A stretch of 32,000 bases of DNA from an uncultured Planctomycetia bacterium (GTDB lineage Bacteria; Omnitrophota; Gorgyraeia; Duberdicusellales; 4484-171), in the NCBI GenBank assembly GCA_964536865.1, contig CAZHYN010000011.1, forward strand, positions 1 to 32,000, given 5' to 3'. Positions within the stretch are counted from its first letter, which is position 1. Each line of letters begins with the position of its first letter. Positions 7,935-16,582 of this stretch are shown here, one piece after another. The translations under genes were made by a program, and so were the position numbers. The notes under the pieces are model-generated. The model made no database searches, was not told where the DNA came from, and was given only the letters and a program-made list of their open reading frames with translations.

Positions 7935-8689
7935 AGGTAATTTCCTTAGCGCCTTCTATCACTGAGACTATATTTGTTTTAGGGTGTGGGGATAAACTTG
8001 TGGGAGTAACTGAATTTTGCAATTGGCCTCCTGAGGCTAAATTGATAGATAAAATTGGAGGTTTCTCCACCCCGGATATAAAGAGAATAATTTCTCTAAA
8101 TCCTGATTTGGTATTAGCCACAGATTTTCATTTAAAAATTGTTAACTATTTGAAAGAAAGGGGAATAAATACATATGTTATAGAAGCCAAAACAATTTTA
8201 GATGCTCCTCAAAGTATAATTCAGGTAGGTAAAGCCATTGATTGTAAAGATGAGGCAGTTAAATTAGCAAAAGAATTGAAAAATGAAATGGATACTTTTT
8301 TAGAAAAAATAAAAAGGATACCCAAAAAGGTGCGTGTATGTTATCTCTGTGATATCTTTTGTGTTGCTTGGAGGTCCTGTGCAATGAGTAGGTTGATTGA
8401 AACATTAGGAGGGATAAATATTGGGAAAAATATTAAATCAAATCAGCAAGGAACTGTTCTTAAAGAGATTGCTGAGAAGGATCCTGAAGTGATAATTACA
8501 GCTAAGGGGCACAGGGAAAGTGTAGATTTATTATCTTTTGTTAAAGAAACTTCTTATTTTAAGAAAACCAAAGCCTACAAAAACAATAGAATTTATCAAA
8601 TTCAGGCAGAATTAGTCTGCCGTCCTGGACCAAGAGCAATGATAGGATTAAAAAGATTGGCTAAATTTATTCATCCTGAGGTATTTTGA
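7931..8689 (+). CDS. BtuF-like (class III periplasmic-binding-protein fold) corrinoid-binding protein lacking a signal peptide
   Basis: It starts directly with MKVISLAPSITETIFVLG..DKLVGVT, the typical first strand and helix of BtuF/FhuD-type binders. No hydrophobic leader is present. NPDLVLA motif. ATGA overlap with cbiZ. Confidence 0.75.
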   Translation: MKVISLAPSITETIFVLGCGDKLVGVTEFCNWPPEAKLIDKIGGFSTPDIKRIISLNPDLVLATDFHLKIVNYLKERGINTYVIEAKTILDAPQSIIQVGKAIDCKDEAVKLAKELKNEMDTFLEKIKRIPKKVRVCYLCDIFCVAWRSCAMSRLIETLGGINIGKNIKSNQQGTVLKEIAEKDPEVIITAKGHRESVDLLSFVKETSYFKKTKAYKNNRIYQIQAELVCRPGPRAMIGLKRLAKFIHPEVF

Positions 8690-8692
8690 GAA

Positions 8693-9571
8693 ATGGAAAA
8701 AAGGAAGGTTCTACTTTTGACCTTTGCTGAGCATCCAGACCAGGAAGAAAAATGCTGGATAAGCCTTTCGGGATGTAATTTTAATTGTAAAGGGTGTGCT
8801 GCTTTAAGTAGAAAGGAAGTAGGCAAGTTTATCTCAAGCAGAGATTTAGCGAGATTGGTATTTAAATCTTCTCAATATTTTTGGGGTAAAATGGTAAAAA
8901 GAGCAGTAATTACCGGAGGCGAGCCCACATTAGATCCTGAATATCTATTATCTTTAATTTCTGATTTAAAAGATTACTCAGTTAGATATTTTGAACTCTC
9001 CACAAATGGTTTTATGATTGATGAAGATTTATTGAAAGAACTTCTTAAGTTGAAATTACCTGTATTGGTAAAACTGGATTTAAAGGCTTATGATGAAAAG
9101 ATTCATAAAGAATATACAGGTAAAAGCAATGTTAATGTATTAAGGGCAATAGAACTTCTAAGTAAGTTCGGTCCCAGGTTATATAAAGTGAGTTATCCTT
9201 TTGTAGTGCGCACCGTTTATATACCAAATATTATTGATATAGATCAGATTGAAAAGATTGCAAAATTTATAGCAGGAATAAACAAAAATGTCTGTTATCG
9301 TATAGAACAATTTTCTCCTATCCATGGTGGATATATATCCAGAAGACCTAATTTTAATGAGATGATGGAAGCATATAACATTGCAAAAAAATACTTAGAA
9401 AACGCTGTTATCACTACTTATTTGCCCACAAGACCTGAATATAACTATTGGGAAGTTCGTGCAGATGAGGCTTTAAGTCTCTTTGAGGAGATTGATAAAA
9501 AATCAAAATCGGTTATCAAAAGCTGGAAGCCAAAATTTCTTACAATGAACCAAATTTTAAACTCTGAATAG
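8693..9571 (+). CDS. Radical SAM protein (small, PflA/NrdG-like architecture), paralog 1
   Basis: CX3CX2C motif CNFNCKGC at nt 8774-8797 and the GGEPTLDPEYL motif. The C-terminal IEKIAKFIAGINKNVCYRIEQF is shared with the next gene. Confidence 0.8.
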   Translation: MEKRKVLLLTFAEHPDQEEKCWISLSGCNFNCKGCAALSRKEVGKFISSRDLARLVFKSSQYFWGKMVKRAVITGGEPTLDPEYLLSLISDLKDYSVRYFELSTNGFMIDEDLLKELLKLKLPVLVKLDLKAYDEKIHKEYTGKSNVNVLRAIELLSKFGPRLYKVSYPFVVRTVYIPNIIDIDQIEKIAKFIAGINKNVCYRIEQFSPIHGGYISRRPNFNEMMEAYNIAKKYLENAVITTYLPTRPEYNYWEVRADEALSLFEEIDKKSKSVIKSWKPKFLTMNQILNSE

Positions 9572-9573
9572 AA

Positions 9574-10293
9574 ATGGGAGTATACCATATTACTTATACA
9601 CCAGATTTAAGACAGGTTTGTCTCTATATGAATGGGGGATGTAGTTTTTCTTGCCATGGTTGTATCACTGATTGGCATCCTGAGGATTGTCATATAAAAG
9701 ATGCAAAAAAGAAAAAGAATAGAACTTTAAAAATTGAAGAAGTTATATCTTTTTTAAAATCCCTTGATTTTAAAAAAGTTATCTTTCTGGGGAAAGAACC
9801 AACAGAAGATGTAGATTTTTTACCACTGGCAAGATTATTGAAGGAAAGATTTTTTAGTTTTAACATTTTACTTACCAATGGATACAGATTTATAGAAGAA
9901 GAAGTAATTGATGAGGTCTGTGTAAGTATTAAAGCTATATCAAAAAAGTTATTTAAGGATTTTACAGGGAAAGATGACCCAGAAAGCGTCTTAAAAAACT
10001 TTAAAAGATATGTGGATAAATCCAAAGTTAAAGCGCGGGCAGAAAGTATTTTTATTCCTGATTATATTGAGAGTAAAGAGATAGAAAAGATTGCTCAATT
10101 TATTGCTAATATAAATCCCGAAATCCCTTATCGTATCGATGGATATATACCCTATTCAAGTAAGGATAGATTCAGGCGACCAACTAAGAACCAAATGGAA
10201 GAAGCCAAAAAAATAAGTAAGAGATATTTAAAAAATGTTTCCATTTTACACTCTAAGATGAAGGTAAGGTATAAAGTGGAGAGGGTATATTAA
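9574..10293 (+). CDS. Radical SAM protein, paralog 2
   Basis: CX3CX2C motif CSFSCHGC at nt 9640-9663, GKEPTEDVDFL, and C-terminal IEKIAQFIANINPEIPYRIDGY. It starts 2 nt after paralog 1. Confidence 0.75.
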   Translation: MGVYHITYTPDLRQVCLYMNGGCSFSCHGCITDWHPEDCHIKDAKKKKNRTLKIEEVISFLKSLDFKKVIFLGKEPTEDVDFLPLARLLKERFFSFNILLTNGYRFIEEEVIDEVCVSIKAISKKLFKDFTGKDDPESVLKNFKRYVDKSKVKARAESIFIPDYIESKEIEKIAQFIANINPEIPYRIDGYIPYSSKDRFRRPTKNQMEEAKKISKRYLKNVSILHSKMKVRYKVERVY

Positions 10294-10304
10294 GGGTATA
10301 TTAA

Positions 10305-11141
10305 ATGAAAAAGAGAATCTTATTTTTTGCTTGCTTTCTTCTACTTTCATATAATAGTGTTTTGGTTGAATGTGCCAGTAGGGTGTATCCTCAAAGAATT
10401 ATCTCCTTAGGCCCTTCCTTAACAGAGGAGTTATATCTTTTAGGAGTAGAAGATAGAGTTATTGGATGCACAATCTATGCGCCTGAATGTGCCAAAAATA
10501 AGGAGAAAGTTGGGACAGTTATTGATATAAATTTGGAAAAGATAATAAAACTTAAGCCCGATTTAGTATTGGCTACGTCTCTAGTCAACCCCAAACAGAT
10601 AGAGAAGCTAAGAAAGCTAAAAATAAAAGTTGTTGTTTTCCATCAGGCAAGAAGTTTTCAAGAATTATGTGACCAATTTTGGGAATTGTCAAAGCTTGTA
10701 GGAAAGCAAGATAAGGCAAGCCAGATACTTAAAGAAGTGAGAGAAAAAGTAAAGAGTATAAGAGATAAGACAAAAGGCTTAAAAAAGACAAAAGTATTTA
10801 TTCAAATAGGAGCAAAGCCCTTATTTACTGCTGGAAAAAATTCTTTTGTGAATGATTTTATAGAATTTGCAGGAGGAATAAATATCGCTAAGGATACAGA
10901 ATTTGGTATTTACTCTCGAGAGAAAGTCTTAAAAAAAAATCCTGATGTAATTATCATTGTAACAATGGGAATTAGAGGAATAAAAGAGAAAGAAATCTGG
11001 CAGAGATATAAAAATATAAATGCAGTTAAAAACAAAAGAATATATATTATTGATTCTTACAAGATTTGCAGCCCTACGCCAACCAGTTTCGTAGAGACAT
11101 TAAAAGAATTGGTTAAGATTTTACATCCGGAAATAGAATGA
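10305..11141 (+). CDS. btuF: Periplasmic corrinoid-binding protein of ABC transporter
   Basis: N-terminal signal sequence MKKRILFFACFLLLSYNSVLVEC, then RIISLGPSLTEELYLLG..DRVIG and KPDLVLA. It lies directly upstream of the permease and ATPase genes. Confidence 0.8.
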   Translation: MKKRILFFACFLLLSYNSVLVECASRVYPQRIISLGPSLTEELYLLGVEDRVIGCTIYAPECAKNKEKVGTVIDINLEKIIKLKPDLVLATSLVNPKQIEKLRKLKIKVVVFHQARSFQELCDQFWELSKLVGKQDKASQILKEVREKVKSIRDKTKGLKKTKVFIQIGAKPLFTAGKNSFVNDFIEFAGGINIAKDTEFGIYSREKVLKKNPDVIIIVTMGIRGIKEKEIWQRYKNINAVKNKRIYIIDSYKICSPTPTSFVETLKELVKILHPEIE

Positions 11142-12127
11142 ATAAGAAATTAATAAACTGGCTTAGTTGGTCGTTAATTCTAATATTGGTTGTATTTATT
11201 GTAATGATTTTCTCATTATGTATCGGTTCTGTAAAAGTCCCTTTAAGTCAGATTTTTAATCCCTCTGATGAGATAACCAGTGAAATTTTATTTAAAATCC
11301 GTCTTCCCCGCATTATTTTAGGTTTTGCAGTTGGAGGAGCACTTGCTATTTCAGGAGTTATCTTGCAGGGACTGTTTAGAAACCCTTTAGTGGAACCGTA
11401 TACTTTAGGAATTTCTGGAGGAGCAGGAGTTTTTGTCTGTTTAAACATTGTTTTGAAGATCTATCAGAAATTTGGGGTAATAACTTTTCCCATTTCAGGT
11501 TTTTTAGGTGCAGGATTAGTAATTATTTTAGTTTATATTTTAAGCACCAAAAAAGGTAAGTTAAGGATTCAGGGGCTTTTGCTCACCGGGGTTATGATAA
11601 GCTTTATCTCATCTTCCATTATAATGCTTATTATGGCTATGACTAAAAGCGAAAATTTACATGGAATAGTTTTCTGGATAATGGGTTCTTTAGAGGAGCC
11701 AAATATATTTCTTGTAAAAATAACTCTTTTAATATCAATTTTAGGGCTTTTAATTTCCTATATATTCTGTTTGGATTTAAACGCCTTTTCCTGCGGTGAG
11801 GAGGAAGCACATCATCTGGGAATAGATGTTGAGAAAGCAAAAAAGTTACTTTTTATTCTGGCATCTGTTCTTACAGGCGTATGCGTATCAGTTGCTGGGA
11901 TAATTGGATTTGTTGGGCTCCTGGTCCCTCACCTTATGCGCATATTTACAGGAGAAGACCACAGAATATTACTTTTAAGTTCTTATTTATGCGGCGCAAG
12001 CTTTTTAATTTTTTCTGATACCTTAGCAAGAACAATTATTTCACCCTTAGAGCTTCCTGTAGGGGTTATTACCGGGGTTATAGGAGGAAGTTTATTTATT
12101 TATGTGCTTACTAAAAGGGGAAGATAA
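11138..12127 (+). CDS. btuC: FecCD-family ABC permease (vitamin B12 import)
   Basis: Polytopic protein with the RLPRIILGFAVGGALAISGVILQG motif typical of BtuC/FecCD. ATGA overlap with btuF. Confidence 0.88.
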   Translation: MNKKLINWLSWSLILILVVFIVMIFSLCIGSVKVPLSQIFNPSDEITSEILFKIRLPRIILGFAVGGALAISGVILQGLFRNPLVEPYTLGISGGAGVFVCLNIVLKIYQKFGVITFPISGFLGAGLVIILVYILSTKKGKLRIQGLLLTGVMISFISSSIIMLIMAMTKSENLHGIVFWIMGSLEEPNIFLVKITLLISILGLLISYIFCLDLNAFSCGEEEAHHLGIDVEKAKKLLFILASVLTGVCVSVAGIIGFVGLLVPHLMRIFTGEDHRILLLSSYLCGASFLIFSDTLARTIISPLELPVGVITGVIGGSLFIYVLTKRGR

Positions 12128-12924
12128 TGCTAAAGATAAGAAACTTGGTGTGCGGTTATGATAATTTCTTGCTTAAAGATATAAGTTTTAAAGTAAATTC
12201 CTCGGAACTGGTAGGAATAATTGGACCTAATGGTTCGGGTAAAACTACATTGATAAGAGCGATAACTAAATTAGTAAGACCAAAAGAAGGGAAAATAATT
12301 TATCAGGGGAAAGATATAACCAAATTGAGTTTTAAAAAATTAGCAAAAGATATTGCCGTTGTTTCTCAGGATGCATATTTTCCTGAAATGATAAAAGTTA
12401 AAGATTTTGTGCTTTTAGGAAGAATTCCTCATTTTAAAAAATTCCAGTTTTTGGAGACAAACAAAGATTTAGAGATTGCAGAGGGAGTTATGAAGTTGAC
12501 AGGAGTATTAGAAATCAAAGATAGATTTTTAAAGGAAACAAGTGGTGGAGAAAGGCAGCTTGTTTTAATTGCAAAAGCATTGGCTCAGGAGCCAAAATTA
12601 CTTTTATTGGATGAGCCCACAGTCCATCTGGATATAACACACAAAATAAAGATACTGGATTTAATAAGAAGGTTAAATAAAAAATATGGTTTAACTGTGT
12701 TGGTTGTCTTGCATGATTTAAATTTAGCAAGTCAATACTGTGATAGGCTGATTCTGCTTAAGGAAGGAAAAATTTATAAGATTGGTATACCTTCTGAGGT
12801 TTTAACTTATCAAATCATTGAAGAAGTTTACCAAACAGTGGTAATTGTGAAAGAAAATCCCCTTAATTTTAGACCCTATGTATTTTTAGTTTCAGAGGAG
12901 GAAACAAAAAGGAGGAAAAGATGA
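12127..12924 (+). CDS. btuD: ABC transporter ATP-binding protein (vitamin B12 import)
   Basis: Walker A GPNGSGKTT, signature SGGERQ, and Walker B LLLLDEPT. 1-nt overlap with btuC. Confidence 0.88.
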   Translation: MLKIRNLVCGYDNFLLKDISFKVNSSELVGIIGPNGSGKTTLIRAITKLVRPKEGKIIYQGKDITKLSFKKLAKDIAVVSQDAYFPEMIKVKDFVLLGRIPHFKKFQFLETNKDLEIAEGVMKLTGVLEIKDRFLKETSGGERQLVLIAKALAQEPKLLLLDEPTVHLDITHKIKILDLIRRLNKKYGLTVLVVLHDLNLASQYCDRLILLKEGKIYKIGIPSEVLTYQIIEEVYQTVVIVKENPLNFRPYVFLVSEEETKRRKR

Positions 12925-13448
12925 GAAAAGGATTAATTCAGATTTATACCGGTGACGGAAAAGGCAAGACTACGGCAAGTATTGGTCTGGCTATAAGAGC
13001 AAAGGGGCAGAGATTTAGAGTTTGTGTTATCTATTTTCATAAAGAACCCAAAAGGTGGAGATACGGAGAATATAGGATTTTAAAAAAATTGGGAATAGAT
13101 ATATTTGGCTTTGCTAAAAAACATCCCCATTTTTATAAGAATGTAAAGAAAGAGGAGATGAGAAAAGAGTGTTTTAAAGCACTCAAGTTTATTAAGAAGA
13201 TATTTGAGAAAGCAAAATATGACTTACTTATTTTAGATGAGATACTCATCTCTTTACGGGAGGGATACTTAAAAGAAGAAGAAATTTTAGAAATAATGGA
13301 TTTAAAACCAAAAAATTTAGAGTTGGTTTTAACAGGCAGATTTCTGACAAAAAATATAACTGATAAGGCAGATTATGTAACAGAGATGAAGAAGATAAAG
13401 CATCCTTTCGATAAAGGGATAACGGGAAGAAGGGGGGTAGAATATTAA
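12921..13448 (+). CDS. cobO: Cob(I)yrinic acid a,c-diamide / cob(I)alamin adenosyltransferase
   Basis: IQIYTGDGKGKTTASIGLAIRA P-loop of the CobA/CobO/BtuR family and LILDE. 175 aa. Confidence 0.9.
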   Translation: MRKGLIQIYTGDGKGKTTASIGLAIRAKGQRFRVCVIYFHKEPKRWRYGEYRILKKLGIDIFGFAKKHPHFYKNVKKEEMRKECFKALKFIKKIFEKAKYDLLILDEILISLREGYLKEEEILEIMDLKPKNLELVLTGRFLTKNITDKADYVTEMKKIKHPFDKGITGRRGVEY

Positions 13449-13461
13449 AACATCGGAAAAG

Positions 13462-13617
13462 ATGAGTAAATCTATCTATAGGGAATATTTGGATAAGAGG
13501 AATAAAAAGATTGTAGAATTGAGGAAGAAAGGCAGGTCTTTAAAATGGCTGGCGTATGAATTCAAATTGAGCATTCGTCAGATAAGCAGAATTTTAGCAA
13601 AACATTCCAAAAAATAG
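13462..13617 (+). CDS. Small (51 aa) helix-turn-helix protein; not in the supplied ORF track
   Basis: Translated by hand as MSKSIYREYLDKRNKKIVELRKKGRSLKWLAYEFKLSIRQISRILAKHSKK. LKWLAYEFKLSIRQISRIL looks like a classical HTH. Only a weak SD (GGAAAAG) is present. Confidence 0.4.
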   Translation: MSKSIYREYLDKRNKKIVELRKKGRSLKWLAYEFKLSIRQISRILAKHSKK

Positions 13618-13700
13618 ATATGTCCAAAAATGTCTATTGATAGAAGTGAAGTGTAATGAAAAAATTTATTTATCGTTTGCTCTTTAAAGTATTTTGACCG

Positions 13701-13931
13701 GATAGGCAGAGGAAGTGATGGTGACCCGCCTTCGCCAGAGCAAAAACTTCATAGAGGTTAAGCTTTGGTGGGCAGGAATTCCATCCGCTGCCCGGCAACG
13801 GTAATGTCTCCATTTATTAGAAGGAGACGAGCCCGGTCGACTGCCTATCTTGGGAAGTACCTTCTTGGGGAGGGAAGAAAAATAAGTGAAATGTTATTAT
13901 TTAGCCGACCTCAAGAAGGTCGGCTTTTTTA
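13701..13931 (+). promoter_or_regulatory. Cobalamin riboswitch (compact type without the GCCACUG/GGGAAGGC P6 extension) plus terminator/antiterminator platform
   Basis: P1 GGAUAGGCAG (13701-13710) pairs with CUGCCUAUC (13842-13850). Other elements: AGGAAGUGAUGGUGA, CCGCUGCCCGGCAACGGUAA, a GUCUCC...GGAGAC hairpin, and the B12-box-like GAGCCCGGUCGACUGCC. Candidate antiterminator: 13860-13868 pairs with 13913-13921. Confidence 0.75.
13904..13931 (+). terminator. Intrinsic terminator of riboswitch 2
   Basis: Hairpin AGCCGACC-ucaagaa-GGUCGGCU (13904-13926) running into a T6 run (13926-13931). The SD AAGGAGG follows at 13941-13947. Confidence 0.7.
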
Positions 13932-13953
13932 TTAACTGAAAGGAGGTGTTGGA

Positions 13954-15816
13954 ATGAAAAAGTTTGTCTTAAGTCTGGGTATGGCTTTTATTCCTCTATT
14001 AGCTTCTACTCAGGAAATTCCTACTTATCAACTTGGCAAGATTGTGGTTACAGCTACAAGAACAGAGCAATATCAGGCAGAAGTTGGAAGTTCAACTACA
14101 GTGATAACGGATGAGGATTTAAAGAAAAAAGGAAAAACTTATCTTTTAGATGTTTTAAGAGAAACACCTGGGGTATCAGTGACGCAATATGGTGGATTTG
14201 GAGGTGGGACAACTGTATATCTTCGAGGTGCAGAACCAGGGCATACTTTGGTGATGATTGATGGAGTGGAAGTAAATGATCCTATGGGGATGTATGGAGG
14301 ATATTTTGATTTTGCTCATATATTAACTGATGATATTCAAAAAGTAGAAATTGTAAGAGGCCCTCACTCTACATTATATGGTTCTGATGCTATAGGTGGG
14401 GTGGTTAATATTATTACTAAAAAGGGAGAAGGTAGCCCAAAATGGCAGGCATTGTTTGAAGGCGGTTCATATGATACATTTAAAGAATCTTTAAGTTATG
14501 CAGGCTCAAATGAGAGATTTAATTATTATTTTTCTCTGGTTCGGTTAGATTCAGATGGGATTTCTAAGGCAGAAGATGGTTCTGAAGATGATGCTTATAG
14601 AAATACGACCTTCTCCAGTCGTCTTGGCTATAAAATTTCTGAATCATCGGATCTGGATTTAATTTTTCGCTATATAGATGCAAAGACAGATTTAGACGAT
14701 GGGGCATATCAGGATGATCCCAATTATATTGCTTGGTGGAAGAACTTTGTTGGAAAGGCTTCATTCACTCAATGTGTAAACTCTTTCTGGGATTACAATC
14801 TTTCTTTTTCCTATTCCCGAACCAAAAGGATGTATCGGGATGACCCTGATAGTGTGGACACAACCGATAATACTCATAACTGGTATATAGGAGATAACAG
14901 AAAATTAGAATGGCAGAACAATATTTATCCCTTAGAGTGGGATACAATAACATTAGGATTTGAATATGAGAAAATAAGGGGTTATGAGAATGGAAGAAAT
15001 TCCTGGAATAGATTTGATAGAAAGACAATAGATAACAAAGCCTTTTATCTTCAGAATCAAACTAAACTTTGGAATAAACTTTTTATAACTGCTGGAGTCA
15101 GATACGATGACCACGAAATTTTCGGCAATGAAACTACTTACAGAATATCAACTGCTTATATTATCCCTCGTATAGGAGGACGATTTAAAGCCAACTGGGG
15201 AACGGGTTTTAAAGCTCCTTCTTTGTTTCAGCTATATTCTTCAAGTTATGGAGATATAAATTTACAGCCTGAAGAAAGCAGAAGTTTTGATATCGGCTAT
15301 GAACAGAATTTTCTGGATAATAAGTTATCTTTAAATTTAGTTTATTTTCATAATAAAATCAAAAATCTAATTCAATTTGATATGTCTACCTGGAAGTATA
15401 AAAATATTGGAAAGGCAAAGACCAAAGGAGTAGAGACAGGATTTAGTTTTAGCCCTTCTGAAGACTTAAAGGTCGGCATTAACTATACTTACTTAGATTG
15501 TAAGAATGAAATTACAGGGAAAAAATTAGCCCGTAGACCTGAAGATGAAATTTCTTTAAACATAAATTACAGATTTTTAGATAGAGGGAATCTTAATATT
15601 TCCACAAGTTATGTTGGCTGCCGCTGGGATGATAGTGCAAATACAAAGAAATTAAAACGATATGCTAAGGTTGACCTTACAGTTACTTATGATTTGGCAA
15701 AGAATTTTCAAATTTTTGCCAGGGCAGAGAATTTGTTTGATAAGGATTATATGCAAATCCGGGGATACAAAATGCCTAAAGCATCCTTCTATGCTGGAGT
15801 AAAGAGAACTTTTTAA
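13954..15816 (+). CDS. btuB: TonB-dependent outer-membrane corrinoid receptor
   Basis: Signal peptide, TonB box KIVVTATR, plug motifs (LLDVLRETPGV, LRGAEPGHTLVMIDGVEV, IEIVRGP.STLYGSDAIGGVVNIIT), and a terminal aromatic F. It is controlled by a cobalamin riboswitch. Confidence 0.85.
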   Translation: MKKFVLSLGMAFIPLLASTQEIPTYQLGKIVVTATRTEQYQAEVGSSTTVITDEDLKKKGKTYLLDVLRETPGVSVTQYGGFGGGTTVYLRGAEPGHTLVMIDGVEVNDPMGMYGGYFDFAHILTDDIQKVEIVRGPHSTLYGSDAIGGVVNIITKKGEGSPKWQALFEGGSYDTFKESLSYAGSNERFNYYFSLVRLDSDGISKAEDGSEDDAYRNTTFSSRLGYKISESSDLDLIFRYIDAKTDLDDGAYQDDPNYIAWWKNFVGKASFTQCVNSFWDYNLSFSYSRTKRMYRDDPDSVDTTDNTHNWYIGDNRKLEWQNNIYPLEWDTITLGFEYEKIRGYENGRNSWNRFDRKTIDNKAFYLQNQTKLWNKLFITAGVRYDDHEIFGNETTYRISTAYIIPRIGGRFKANWGTGFKAPSLFQLYSSSYGDINLQPEESRSFDIGYEQNFLDNKLSLNLVYFHNKIKNLIQFDMSTWKYKNIGKAKTKGVETGFSFSPSEDLKVGINYTYLDCKNEITGKKLARRPEDEISLNINYRFLDRGNLNISTSYVGCRWDDSANTKKLKRYAKVDLTVTYDLAKNFQIFARAENLFDKDYMQIRGYKMPKASFYAGVKRTF

Positions 15817-15955
15817 ACTCAAGATAAAAAATTATATAGAGCAAGGAGTCTACTTCTGTTAAAGAATCTATAAGGTTTTATTTAATAACAACTTTGTCCG
15901 AGTGTGTAAAGTTTATGCCACATATTCTGGTTTCTCAACAAGAAAGGAGTAATTG

Positions 15956-16576
15956 ATGTTTGAATTCTTCTTAAAAGGTGGCTTTTTAATTTGGCCAATT
16001 CTTTTATGCTCAGTGATAGCTTTTGCTATTGTTTTAGAGAGACTGTGGTATTTTCACCGGATAAACACCAATGTAGGTAATCTAACTGCTCAGGTAAAGA
16101 AATTATTGCTGGAAAGCAAATTAGAGGAAGCAGAAAAGTTATGTAAAGAATCAAGAAGTCCTGTAGCACATATTTTAGGAGTAGGTATTCATATCCATAA
16201 AAGAGCTTATCCTGAGAAAGAAAAGATAGTCTCAAGAGCTGGTTCAAAAGAGTTAAGAAAATTGGAGAAAAATTTAAGGGGTTTAGGAATTATTGCTCAT
16301 ATATCACCTCTTTTAGGTCTTTTAGGCACAGTTACAGGGATGATTAAATGCTTTATGAAGATACAGGAGTTAGGAGGAAGGGTAGATGCACAAGTTTTAG
16401 CAGGAGGAATCTGGGAAGCTTTAATTACTACAGCAGCAGGATTATCTGTAGCAATTCCAGCAATAATTTTTTACCACTATTTTGAAGGAAAGATAGACAA
16501 TTTTTCTCATCAGATGAAGGATGCAGCAGAGGAAATTTTAGAGCACCTGAGCACCAGCACACCAGAGCGCCAGTAG
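15956..16576 (+). CDS. exbB: MotA/TolQ/ExbB proton-channel protein
   Basis: Three TM segments and PLLGLLGTVTGMI, the family signature. SD AAAGGAG at 15943-15949. I use the ATG at 15956; the track begins one codon earlier at a TTG. Confidence 0.85.
   Translation: MFEFFLKGGFLIWPILLCSVIAFAIVLERLWYFHRINTNVGNLTAQVKKLLLESKLEEAEKLCKESRSPVAHILGVGIHIHKRAYPEKEKIVSRAGSKELRKLEKNLRGLGIIAHISPLLGLLGTVTGMIKCFMKIQELGGRVDAQVLAGGIWEALITTAAGLSVAIPAIIFYHYFEGKIDNFSHQMKDAAEEILEHLSTSTPERQ
16543..16574 (+). repeat. Four tandem 8-nt units (GCACCWGN-like) at the exbB 3' end
   Basis: The units are gcacctga, gcaccagc, acaccaga and gcgccagt. They are followed immediately by AGGAAAGT and the exbD ATG. Confidence 0.6.
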
Positions 16577-16582
16577 GAAAGT

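Noticed and set aside
10931-10939. A9 homopolymer in btuF as a slippage site.
   Set aside because: A/T runs of this length are common in a sequence this AT-rich. It is not distinctive, unlike the C8 run in hdrC.
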